From: Botryllus schlosseri | Taxonomy: Eukaryota | Direction of reading: 5' to 3' | Length of the DNA stretch: 64,000 bases | Assembly (NCBI GenBank): GCA_051294905.1 | Contig: CM119372.1 | Span: 15,564,001-15,628,000, forward strand | Shown here: in pieces, positions 1 to 11,420 of the stretch | How positions within the stretch are numbered: the stretch's first letter is position 1 | Layout: each line of letters starts with the position of its first letter | Position numbers and translations under genes: made by a program | Notes under the pieces: generated by a model | Database searches by the model: none | Seen by the model: only the letters and a program-made list of their open reading frames with translations | Told to the model about the DNA's origin: nothing

Positions 1-1169
1 TTATTATACGCAGTGTACACTTTAATTTTCTAACGCTCCAAAACAGGATTTCGTTTATGAAGATGACATTTATTGCCGTGATTAAACGTACCTGATCTCT
101 CCAAAACTCAGGATTATTTGCCCGCAAATGCACGAACGAGGACTTGAAATTTATCAAAGATTTAACTGGTCACGAACTTGCACATATTGTGCAGCAGTAT
201 TTTCATGACGATGGTTACATTCGAGTCGAATTTTTTCCGTGTATACTCCTAGATATAAATGGTTAGCATCAATGCGATGTACTTTGTACGGTATGGCGTC
301 GGGTTACCCAACAGTGAAAAAAAATCAAACTCAACTTTGACATATCCCTGGACATACGGTAGTCAAATTTGTAAAATAATCACGATGCCCGATAGTTATA
401 TATATATAATCTTTCAAGACGATTCCAAGGACGGCAAACAAATCCAAATCAATTTTACAGGATTGTCGGAGTGCCAGATAATTTAGTATTAAGAGAAGGT
501 TTTGCACAGACTTGTCTCACGCGGAGGAACAATACTATTTGCATTTGTAGTCTGTTATAAATTAGGAAGAATCAGACAAAACGCGTGCAAGGCAAGCATT
601 TAGTTTCATGAGTGGGAAAATATCACATATAACTTTACAATGTAGATTTGTCAGGGTACGGTCTAGTATAAATAGTGCAATGGATGAACATGACAGAATA
701 ATAGTGAACTTTATTGTTATAAAAAGCATAGCCTCACAACACTTGATTCACAAAAAAGGGATATTCAAAGTTTTTGTTTTACTGTTGGTATTTTTGCGGT
801 GCTATCAATCGTCAAAATGACACCATTTGTCACCTATTCATGAATTTCGATTATAAACAATAAAGCTTCTATCTGCCGATTCGATCTGAAGTCTGCAATA
901 AACGTGAACCCCGGGTTTCATTTGACCATATGCAGTACACGTCGTGACACTGTGCATCACAAAGAAACTTCGTCATAGCAATTCCAGATCCCGTTTCGCT
1001 CAATGCTACAAATGCCCTTGCTTATTTCCACTGCGTGGGATATTATAATATACCAAATAACACCTGCCAATGTGCAATAATTCCACACTAGCAGTATTAA
1101 CGCATCATTTGTTCAACAACTACAAACCTTTTCGAACTGGTTCAAAAGTTATGCCTGTGAAGACATTAA

Positions 1170-1659
1170 AGGGGCACTGCGCTCTAAAAATGATGTGGTC
1201 TCAAATTGAAGGTAAAAACGAACAAAAATTTTTGGCCGCAGCCATTTCCTTCAGAACGCCACAGTAATGGAGCTGCAATTTATTGAAATTTCTACAAGAC
1301 CAGCTGCCGCGGCTGCTTAACCCGTTACATGGCACGATATCCTCACCGTCACACTTGCTCGACGCGATTAGGCAGTCACGCAGAGAACGAATTTTAGATA
1401 GTTGTCAGCCGATGTTATGAAGGAAATGTGTCCAAGTTTCGTTCTCTGCGTGACTGCCTTTTCGCGTCGAACAAGTGCGACGATGAAGACATTGTGCCCT
1501 GTAACGGGTTAAGCAGCCGCGGCAGCTGGTCTTGTAGAAATTTCAATAAATTGCAGCTCCATTACGGTGGCGTTCTGAAGGAAATGGCTGCGGCCTAAAA
1601 TTTTTGTTCGTTTTTACCTTCAATTTGAGACCACATCATTTTTAGAGCGCAGTGCTCCT
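1170..1659. mobile_element. Foldback (hairpin) MITE with TTAA target-site duplication, Kolobok-like termini
   Basis: Arms of ~220 bp (1170-~1392 and ~1437-1659) are near-perfect reverse complements (AGGGGCACTGCGCTCTAAAAATGATGTGG... / ...CCACATCATTTTTAGAGCGCAGTGCTCCT). TTAA flanks both sides (1166-1169, 1660-1663). TTAA TSD with RR...YY termini is the known Kolobok signature. Confidence 0.85.
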
Positions 1660-2000
1660 TTAATGTATATATGACAATCACCGTTATCATATCGGAATCT
1701 GTTTTTTTTTGGTATTTATTGTGACATCTGAGCTCACGTAACACCAGGTCGATATTCTTTTTGATTATGCCTGTGCTGCCAAATTATAACACGATTCACT
1801 TTCCCTACAAAACTAGTCAAAGTCATGACCTTTCAAGAGTAACATTTCTCAATATGCTTCAAATATATTTAATGCAATCAAATAAGACAAATACATGTGC
1901 AAAAACACAAAAGGCAATTATATAAAAGCTGACGATCGCAATAATTGACGAAGAAAAGCCGCGTGAAGAATAAGATATAATTTAATCTGATTAGCCATTC

Positions 2001-3566
2001 TCAAGCCACCGCTGCACAATATCTTTGCTCCGTATTGTCCCGAATAACATTGCTGTTTAGGAATGTGTTTTCCATCGGACGATCGCGAGAAAACCGAAGC
2101 GGACTTAACACTAAAATGCTGACGTCGAATGCTGGATTTGATCTGTCCGATTCGTAAGGGATGGACGATACCAGCTGCAGTCCGTTTTTCTGATGAAATC
2201 GCACCGCGCTGCGGCTGTGACTGAGCACGAACAGTGTGGGAGGACTATGCCGATGTTTATCGTTACCGATAACCTCTTTATTCGTCAGGAATCGGTTGCA
2301 CTTTTTGAAAAAACTTTGAACCTTGGTCTTCACTCTTCGCTCGCTTGAAGTTTTCGAAGTGACTTTAGTCGAAGGCGGTGCCGACATGAGTCTGATACAT
2401 TCCGAATAGCTGATGCTGCCGCAACCTTGCCCGGCGTACGTCGGGTCAATCGCGCAATACACTCCGTTCCACATAGGGATGTCTCCCGCGCAGACGTGCT
2501 TGCTGATGCGTTCGTATTCCCATTCTTCGTACCTGAAGATGAATTGATACATTAGATTCTGATCGAGAATGCAAATACGTAATTGGCTCTTAAAGGCAAA
2601 GATTCTCGTCACACAACCTATGTGGGGTTCATGAGGATATCGATAACAGTTTTCAAGTTTACATTCGAAATCTAATTGCCAATAACATTTTATGACGAAG
2701 TACCGGTGCAGATGAATAGAGGCAAAAATTACGATATCTATGAGAATCTTAAGACAAATATTCATTGCTATGACTTATCATTCAGCAGGGTAATAACAAG
2801 CAGGGAATCCAAGAAAAACCCGCGCCTGCACATTTTGGACGCTGTGTCGTCACTGTGCGAAATAAATTTGCCAGGGCATCCAGCTTGCAAGCCTTCTACC
2901 CTATATCTAAATCTACATAGATATGCTGGTACACAATGGTTCCTTTCGTGACGGGAGTAAAATATCCTATAACAAGATGAGATTCGCTTTCAAGTGTAAC
3001 ATGCTTCAAGGTACACACCTTTCTAATCGTTCAAACGCATCTTCGTCGATGCTCTTCACATTGTATTTCTCGTACGCGTCCCAAAACTCTTGATCTTTAG
3101 CGCACTGCCAGCCTCCCGAGGTTTGCGATGGACGGACAAATAACACTCCTCCAATAATTCTGGTCTGTAATGAAATTATTCAGTCAGCATTATCGTTTTT
3201 GAAAGCGCAACTTCAAGAATATTTACCTCGCCAGAACAGTTTCTTTGCTTTACGGCGACTAGAATTGAATCGCCGTTTCTCACGGTGACTTCGTATATGG
3301 CTTCCAGATAATTCCTCAGAAATTCCGGCCTCTTTTGGTCGTCAGGTATCAGGTATTTGTACAAAGGGTAGTGATGAAAAGCGCGCACGAAACTTTCCCG
3401 AACCTCGAACCAATCTTGCTCGCCACACGAAAGTTCGACGATGGTTTGCCTTGAAATAGAAAAATGGGTACTTGAGTCACAAGCTCATACTAAGCAATTT
3501 CACGACTGTACTGATCTCAGAAATATGGATCTTGAGCGAACAAAATTAATGCACTCACCAGCTCAT
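2001..3566 (-). CDS. GNAT-family N-acetyltransferase (puromycin-acetyltransferase-like), 4 coding exons, 302 aa, complete
   Basis: Exons 3566-3559 (ATG AGC TG|gtgagt), 3449-3227, 3164-3019 and 2532-2001 (TGA), all GT-AG with consistent phases (909 nt). Protein: MSWQTIVELSCGEQDWFEVRESFVRAFHHYPLYKYLIPDDQKRPEFL...IIGGVLFVRP...MWNGVYCAIDPTYAGQGCGS...LFVLSHSRSAVRFHQKNGLQLV. It carries the acetyl-CoA-binding motif A (DPxxxGxGxG) and a motif-B-like segment. Minus-strand AATAAA at 1720-1715. Confidence 0.85.
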
Positions 3567-4555
3567 AGTGTTTCGCCGTGTATGAAAAGTTTTAGATATT
3601 CGTAGGCAATTGGTATAATTGATATCTTTGCGAAGGCTATCCGATATGATTCTCTGTTAAATCCAAGTGGCGATGAGTTTTTATAAGAGTAACGTATTGG
3701 AAACTTTTTTTGTTCTCTCGATTGTAATTTGCTCGCGGTTACGCCGACTAACCGCAAACCTTGAAACGAGATTCTCTTGCCTTGTCCGTTTTGTCAGCAT
3801 TTTACTAGCACTACGCGTTCCGATACGCATTTAGACAGTGCGACATTATTGCTGTATTTAGTTTTATTAATTTGATACATACTACGCACTTGCTACAGTT
3901 TTTCTTTGTATCGGCCATTATGGTGTGGTGCCCATATTTGTGTTCGTAAATCCTATGCATTTGCAATTCCCAGCCCATGCTGGATTCTGGCACGTGTGGC
4001 AGCGCACAGACTTTGACAACTAGATAATTCTAGTTGTCTAATTTCACTAAATTAGAGCGAAAAGCCAGTAATCTAATTCTAATCTAATTTGTGATATATT
4101 TCCATGCTCTAATTCTAGTTCTAATCTAATTCGTGAAATGTCCTTATGCTCTAATTTTAGTTCTAATCTAATTTATTGTTTTCCTTAAAACGCCTCTTTG
4201 TACGAGGCATTTTGCATCGAGTTACCGAGAATATCCGTCTCGCGCAGGAAAATCCAGTGCAGCAGTCATAGTAATTATTGTGACGAATAATAGCCTGCTA
4301 GCATAGTAGCTCGTAGTCCGCGAACAATATTCTAGTTTTTAAAACTTTACGTTAGTACAACGCCGCTCTGACCTTCATTAGGGATGATGCTAATGGTTAC
4401 CACAAAAGAAGTATGGTAATGTTTCATTAAAGTAGTATAATTACAACAAGAAATATCATAATCATAAACGCCATTCTATTTTGAACTATATGAGCTGCGC
4501 ACGATACAGAACAACGCTTTAAAACGACTAATGAATCGACATTGGGGCTACCTAG

Positions 4556-7500
4556 TAGGGATGGTGTGAACGTGAGGTTCACGTTCGCGTTCTGTGTGTG
4601 AACCTCGGAAGTTTGGAGGTTCACGTTCACAAACGAACCTTTTTCATATATTGCAATTTTCACGTTATTATAACATCTTTGTTTGAAATTTATTGCATTT
4701 TAACTGCGGGCCACTCTATGCATGGCTCTGGCAGCATAAAAAATCAACACTAAACGAGCTTGCAACTTGACAATCTCAAAAATTCTACCTGCTTTGTTAC
4801 AAAAGTCTGCTCGAAATATCCAGCTGTCTGTTTGTGAATATTTAGTGACTCTCTTCTGTAAGCTTGACCAGCAATCACACAACATCAAGAGCGAAATACG
4901 CTACATGTAGTGTAGGTATAGTCAGGGCCGTAACAGCACTTCGTCAGCCCCCCCCCCAAAACTTTGGTCTCGGGCCCCCCTTAGGGTTATAGGCTGAATT
5001 TCGGGAGGCTTCGCCCCCCAGACCCCACTCCCGCGATACCATGTTTACCGCTATTTATCATATTGATGAGAGTTTGTTTAGTGAATCAGCTTTTGTCGCC
5101 TAAGCGCGCGAAGCGCGGAAAATTTCTAGAATTCATGATTGAATCGGGCAGTATGATCGGGAATTGCATATATATTGTTATCAATTTTTATCTTCTCTCT
5201 GCTCACGTAATCAGATTTGCCGGTAGAGCTGAGTGAGGTGAGTTTGAAAAGGTAGGACGACTCAATAATAATTAAACATCTTCGGGCGTATACTCATTGG
5301 CAGGAATGAAACAGTACCTCGTCAGGCCCCCCAACACGTGGGTCTTGGGCTCCCATAGGGTGTAAAACGACCCCCCCCATCACGTTGTTCGCGTTTGTCA
5401 CGAAATCATCTGTACCGTATTGTGAGGCAGCGCGAAGCGCGAAAATTTTCGATAATTTATGATAAAATCGGTCAATCAGATCGGCGATTGCATATATATT
5501 ATGCTATCAATTTATTGTCCTCTCTATTCACGTAATTAGATTCACCGGTAGAGCCGAGTGAAGTGTCTTGAAAACGGGAGGGCCCGTAAATAATAATTAA
5601 ACATCTTCGGCGGGCGGACCCGTTGATATGACTTCGTTACATGATGTTATTTCGTGACTTCCAGTCTGCTATAACAAAAAATATAGAATCGCCCAAACCT
5701 ACTAAACTGAAAGATCACACGATTTCAGATTGGCATTTCTTCACTGGCATATAGCCTCATTTTCTTTCCTGCGGTATGGTATTTGTCTTGTGAGGTTCAG
5801 ATTGCCAAGACAAGAACATTCGACGCCAGTCATTTAGGCGCCTATATGAACAAATAAACCTATATGTATATTGTATATATAACGTAGTTTTTGGTATTTC
5901 GAAGTTTTTGGTCAGCATAAAAGCAGTTTTTCACGGCCAAGGCTTTCTCGCTGCCGATCGTTCTGACACACTTCTTGGAGTCACGTTACATGGCCTAAAA
6001 CTTTATATGTGTTGGTGCGTTGTGGTGCGGTCATGACCAACGCTGATATGCCCATTTTTCTAAATCTTGCGTATTTTTTCTTGGGGAAGAGTACCCAATA
6101 ATCAAGATATGTGGCAAATTAAAATCACGCCGAGCGCGGATAATTTTTGAAAAAGTTGCATAAATTTTCAAAAAATACTCGATAATTTATGTTAATTCAC
6201 GAAATAATTTTGGGCCCCTTCGAATTCGGCCCCCCTCAATTGGGGGGTTTGGGGTGCGGCAGCTACGGCCCTGACTATAGGACTACCAATTATGCTGCTT
6301 TTAGCCGGCTAAGCAGTATGCATCTCGGCGTATTCAACCGTGAGTCACGTGTTGCACATCTAGTTATCATAGGGTTACCATACGTCCTCTTTTATGATGA
6401 TTTGTCCTCTTTTTTGATTTTTCTTAAAGTGTCCTCGGAGGACGCAAAAATGTCTTATTTTTGAGATTTTGTCTTCTTTGTTGAGGATTTTGGTTACATA
6501 TAGGGCCAAATTCGACTGATATACATTAAGTCAACACTGTAGGAACGCTACTGCGGCTATTTCGGGATCTGCATGGACCGGAAAGTTGACCTTTTTTGTC
6601 AGTCAACCACCTGTTAATGTGAAAGAAAAACTGTATTTTCCGGGAGCTGAGCCTCTTTTTCTTTATTAGTCAAGCGACCACGAAGTGGGAAAAATCTACC
6701 ATTTTTTCAGGATTTTCCTCCGGTTTTGAAAGTTATCAATACCTATTTATATCTATAGCTACTGCGCGTTCATCTGGAAAGTTAGGGCACAGTGCATTGA
6801 AACAGCAGTGACTTAACGTTAGCAGTCTATACTGACAACTTTCCTGCAATTCTATAATTAAAAACTACAGAGGCCAAGCCAAGCAAGTGCATTTTATAAA
6901 TATAAATTTTATTTTTTGTCATAAATCGATTTCCTAATATATTTTTGGGGCCACAAGAAGGCTATCTGGGGGCCGCGCTTTGGAATCACTGGCATAGACC
7001 TTTTCAGCCAAGGTTTTCTCGCTGCCGATCGTTCTGGCACAATTCTTGGAGTCGCCTGTTATATGGCCCAAAACTTGATTGTATGTCTTGGTAGGTCGTG
7101 GCGCGGTAATGGCCCAATACCCAATAATAAAGACAAATGGCTACTTGAATTCGCGCGAAGCGAAAAAAATTTGAAAAAATTGCATAAATTTTCAAAAAAT
7201 ACTCTATGATTTATGCTAATTCACGAAATAATTTTGGGCCCCCTTCGAGCTCGCCCCCCCAATTGGGGGGTTTGGGGTGCGGCAGTTACAGTGCTGGGTA
7301 TATGGTCGGCGAATGATGCTATTCAACCAATCAATGAAATTGATATCGTTGCCTGAAGTAAAAAAATCTAGCAAGCGTACGTGGTCCATCTCGATTCCAT
7401 ATGTTTATTGTATCATAAAAAACAACTCCTTGCGATTGGGGTGTTGGCTACTGTTGTATAACTTGTTAATGGGCTGAAACCCATAGTGCACTCTGCTCAA

Positions 7501-7868
7501 TACCAACGTAGCAACACTCGGACGCATAATACATTGTCCGGTCTGACCTAGATCGTTAACGAGTAAGCTTATATTCCCTTTTATAAAAGATATATCTCCT
7601 CATCGAAATTGTTGGCAAAGCGACGGGAGATATTGATTGAATGAATGGAATTTTCATATCATTTGAATGCTCCAGTTAATACATTTGGTCACGTTTAAAA
7701 AGTCAGTATGTACTTCAGCATTGCGGCATTATGTGGGCCCGTTCGTCGCTACGTATCGTACATATCACTTCGCTGAAGTGTAGGGTTGCAATTAGCATTA
7801 TGACGTCATGAGGCTCACGTTCGCGTTCACACAGAACCTGAACCTTTTCGAGGTTCACACCATCCCTA
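4556..7868 (+). mobile_element. hAT-type MITE, TAGGGATGGTGTGAAC family (copy 1, interrupted)
   Basis: TIR TAGGGATGGTGTGAAC...GTTCACACCATCCCTA, TSD ctacctag/ctagctag. Body matches the ~1-kb intact copies at 12267 and 28748 but is split at ~4922/7297. Confidence 0.85.
4923..7296. mobile_element. CAGGGCCGTA-TIR element(s), apparently two copies of one family nested in each other
   Basis: Left end CAGGGCCGTAAC (4923), with right ends at 6273 (GCTACGGCCCTG) and 7296. Internal blocks are duplicated (~5100-5290 vs ~5430-5610; ~5935-6273 vs ~7005-7296). Outer flanks ggtatagt/ggtatatg. Confidence 0.6.
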
Positions 7869-8995
7869 CTAGCTAGACATGTTACTAGTCGAAAGACTAT
7901 CTTATCGTAAAGATTGATCTTGTGGAGACGTCCTATGCCGTTTTCTAAGCGTTTTCTTGGCGGTATCTGGGTCACTGAACGTCAAGGCAATATGCTTATT
8001 GATATCAGATGACTCTCCATCGATGGAATGTGGCCGCCATCGCCGTTTCAGCTAGTGTGGAATAGCGTTGTTGGGCACCGGCGAATAGCGTATTTTGAAA
8101 CAACAACAATGATTTGAAACTGAAATCAGGAAAGGACGTACTTTATTTTTGTCATGATGTCATTCATTCAGTTTTAGCATTTCAAAATGCTTTATTTTGC
8201 GTATTTCCAAAATCTCAAATCAGATCACCGGCCGCGATTGCGGTGACCCCTGGTATAGTGAAAAACGAGCCAAGCTTGATGTACAGACGTTAATCATTCT
8301 CATGGTGTGGGAACGCACTGTGATTTGATATCAACTGATTATTGCTGTAATCATTTGCCATTCAAAATTTCATTCAATTTTCAAGTTTTTGCGAATTCAG
8401 TAATTCTAGTTCTAATCTAATTTAAAAAAAAACAGTAGCTCTAATTCTAATTCTAATCTAATTTGGAAAAAACTGTGCAGCTCTGATTCTAATCTAATCT
8501 AATTCAGAAAGCTGAAAATTTTCTACTTGTCCAAGTCTGGCAGCACATGGTAGACTTTTCACAAACAACGGCTTTGATATGTTTATTACTCATAATAGCC
8601 CGTGGTGACAATTTACAAATGTGTGAGAGAAATTTTGCGTAACGATTCGATATATAAATGCCATTTCGAATGTTTATCTTGAGAATACATTACAGGAGTA
8701 ATACTACCAAGTGTTGATGACGATTTCACAGATGAGAAGATGGCGCATACCAATTCTAAAACTACAATTTTAAATCTCCAAAAGTACGAAAATTGAGTAA
8801 CTTGAACGAGAGCTCATATATAGATGCTAAAATGCTCCAGCTAATAGTCCCAAATGCTGTCTGAGAAATTACTCAGACTCTCCAACGTCAAGAATCCAAC
8901 AAACTTAGTCTTGTGTAGTCAATGTATCATGCAAAATGTTGAAAATTCCGATCTCATCACCGACGTGCGAAAGGTCAGGAGCAGGACATTCAAAT

Positions 8996-11187
8996 CAGAC
9001 TTGGACAACTAGGATATTTCAGCTTTTCCGAATTAGATTAGAATTAGAATTAGAGCTACACAAGTTTTTCCAAATTAGATTAGAACTAGAATTAGAGCGA
9101 CACAGCTCTTTCCAAATTAGATTAGAATTAGAGCTACACATGTTTTTTCCAAATTAGATTAGAATTAGAATCACTGAATTCGCAAAAACTTGGAAATTGA
9201 ATGAAGTTGCGAATGGGAAATAAACTCAGGAAAAATAAGCCCGTATCAAATCACAGTGCATTACCATAACCGAGGGATCCAAGGGACCGCGCAGTGAGTT
9301 GGTGAGTGCTCGCAGACTCGACCAAAATTGGAGGGAACATTGCATCAAGGTTGGATCTTTTTTGTACTATACCTGCGGTCAACGCAATCGCAGCCGGCGA
9401 TCTGTTTGTGATTTTGGAAGAACGCGGAATAAAGCATTATGAAGTGCTAAAATTGATTTCAGTTTCAATTTATTGTTGTTGTTTCAAACTAAGCTATTCG
9501 CCTGTGCCCAACAACACTATTCCACACTAGCTGAAACGGCTTCGGCGATGGCAACAGCATTCCATCGATGGAGAGTCAGCGGATATCAGTAAGCCGATTG
9601 CCTTGACGTGCAATCGCCTAGACACTGCCAAGACCAATGATATAGAGAAATAGACGCTTAGAAAACGGAATGGGACGACCCCACATGATCAATCTTTAGG
9701 ATGAAATAGTCTTTCAGCTATTAGCATGTCTGGCTAGCCCCGATATCGCTGCATTAGTCGCTGAAAAGCGTTGTCGGGTATCGTGCGCAACTCGGAGTTC
9801 AAAATAAAATGACGTTTATGATCATTATATTTCTTGTTGTATTTGTACTACTTATATTACTTCTTTTGTGGTAACCATGAGCATCGCTCGTGTTAGTCAG
9901 CACGGCGTTGAACTAACGTAAAGTTTTAAAAACTAGAATGTTGTTCGCAGACTACAAGCTACTATGCTAGCGGGCTATTATTAGTCACAGTAACTACTAT
10001 GACTGTTGTACGAGTGTACACTGAACAGCAGGGGTGGGCAATTATTTTCCTCTGCGGGCCAAATTAGAAATACAAAACACGTTGGCGGGCCGAGTGAAAA
10101 AATTTAGCTATATTTTACAGCGTGTTTCAATTTTATTCATAAATTTCATTGCTATTAATGCTGCTCAGTGAATGTGTTGATGTTACGTAATGAGAAATTG
10201 GCGGTTAATTAATAAATTATCTATTTGTCGTCATGACTCGAAACAATGTTGAACATGATACATTTTGACTCCATTTAAACCCCTCTCCACGTTATTCTAT
10301 CAAGACACTACAAAGTGGTTCTCAAACTTTTTTAGGCACGCTTCCCTTTTATGATAGTGAAAACCTTCGACCCCCTTATCAAGATATCACAAAATAATAA
10401 AACGAGCAACGAGAATGCTAGCAATTCCCACGGATGGTTTGATGGCATGGATGGTTATGGCTGATGATGAGAAAATTCTGAAACATCAAAGTGGGACAAT
10501 ACACTGAGCCATACCTATAACACCATAATGCCGGATTAAATCGCGCCGAGCGCGAAAAAAATTTTCTTTCAACCTCAGCTTCGCGCCCCTCTTCAGATGC
10601 GTTCACGCCCAGTTCGAGAATCACTGCACTAAAATGTATATGGCGTAGTACAATGTTTATTGTCTCGGTCACTGCCTTCAGAGCAGTGTTCAGCTCTAAT
10701 AGCTTTGATGTTGAGCGAAGTTTCCAGTTTTCTGAAATATGCCCTCCCTTGACCGAGTGTTTCGATTTAGTCATAATTAAAATCCTTAATCTCGGCGACA
10801 TGCTCGGTAAAACTCAAAGGCAGGTTAACCCCTAACTCCAGCATACAAATACTTAGTGCTCCAACCTTCTTCGAATTACAGTTTTCGGCTATCTTTCTTT
10901 CGACATGCAATTTTACTCTTTATGGGTGATATACATGATGAGAGATGAATTATATAGTACTCGCCATTCGCGAGCACTGATTGACTTGTTTTACGAATTA
11001 GGATTAGGCATTCTCGGGAAAACTATAAATTAGATTAGAATTAAAATTAGAACATTGGAACATTTCACAAATTAGATAAGAATTAGAATTAGAGCTTAAG
11101 AGCATTTCTCAAATTAGACCAGAATTAGAATTAGAGCATAGCAACATTTTACAAATTAGATTATAATTATCTAGTTGTCCGAGTCTG
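8996..11187. mobile_element. Non-autonomous hAT element (CAGACTTGGACAACTAG family), inverted relative to 4007-8539
   Basis: TIRs CAGACTTGGACAACTAG / CTAGTTGTCCGAGTCTG, TSD attcaaat/gttcaaat, ATTAGA subterminal arrays. Internal MITE fragments at ~10028 and ~10313-10626. Confidence 0.85.
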
Positions 11188-11420
11188 GTTCAAATCCACC
11201 GTAATGAAGTTTCTTTTTTCGAGTCACTATCCCCCCCCTTGTGGATCTGATTATCATCAAAGGATACTAATATATTGCACACTCACACACAATATGATAT
11301 AAGATATATGGTGTCTGAATATGTACGTACACATTATACAGGTTCAATTTATTCAGATAGCATTTCATTGCATCAGTTTATGAATCAGTCAGAATGACAT
11401 TAAAGGTGTGGGCATAATTT

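Larger units (their letters stand above)
4007..8539. mobile_element. Non-autonomous hAT element (CAGACTTGGACAACTAG TIR family) carrying nested insertions
   Basis: TIRs CAGACTTTGACAACTAG / CTACTTGTCCAAGTCTG. 8-bp TSD gcagcgca/gcagcaca. Subterminal TCTAAT hexamer arrays at both ends. Confidence 0.8.

Noticed and set aside
2533..2765. N-terminal 77 aa of the 254-aa ORF 2001..2765
   Set aside because: Lies in intron 3 of the GNAT gene (acceptor TTCAG at 2534-2533); the ORF simply reads into the intron.
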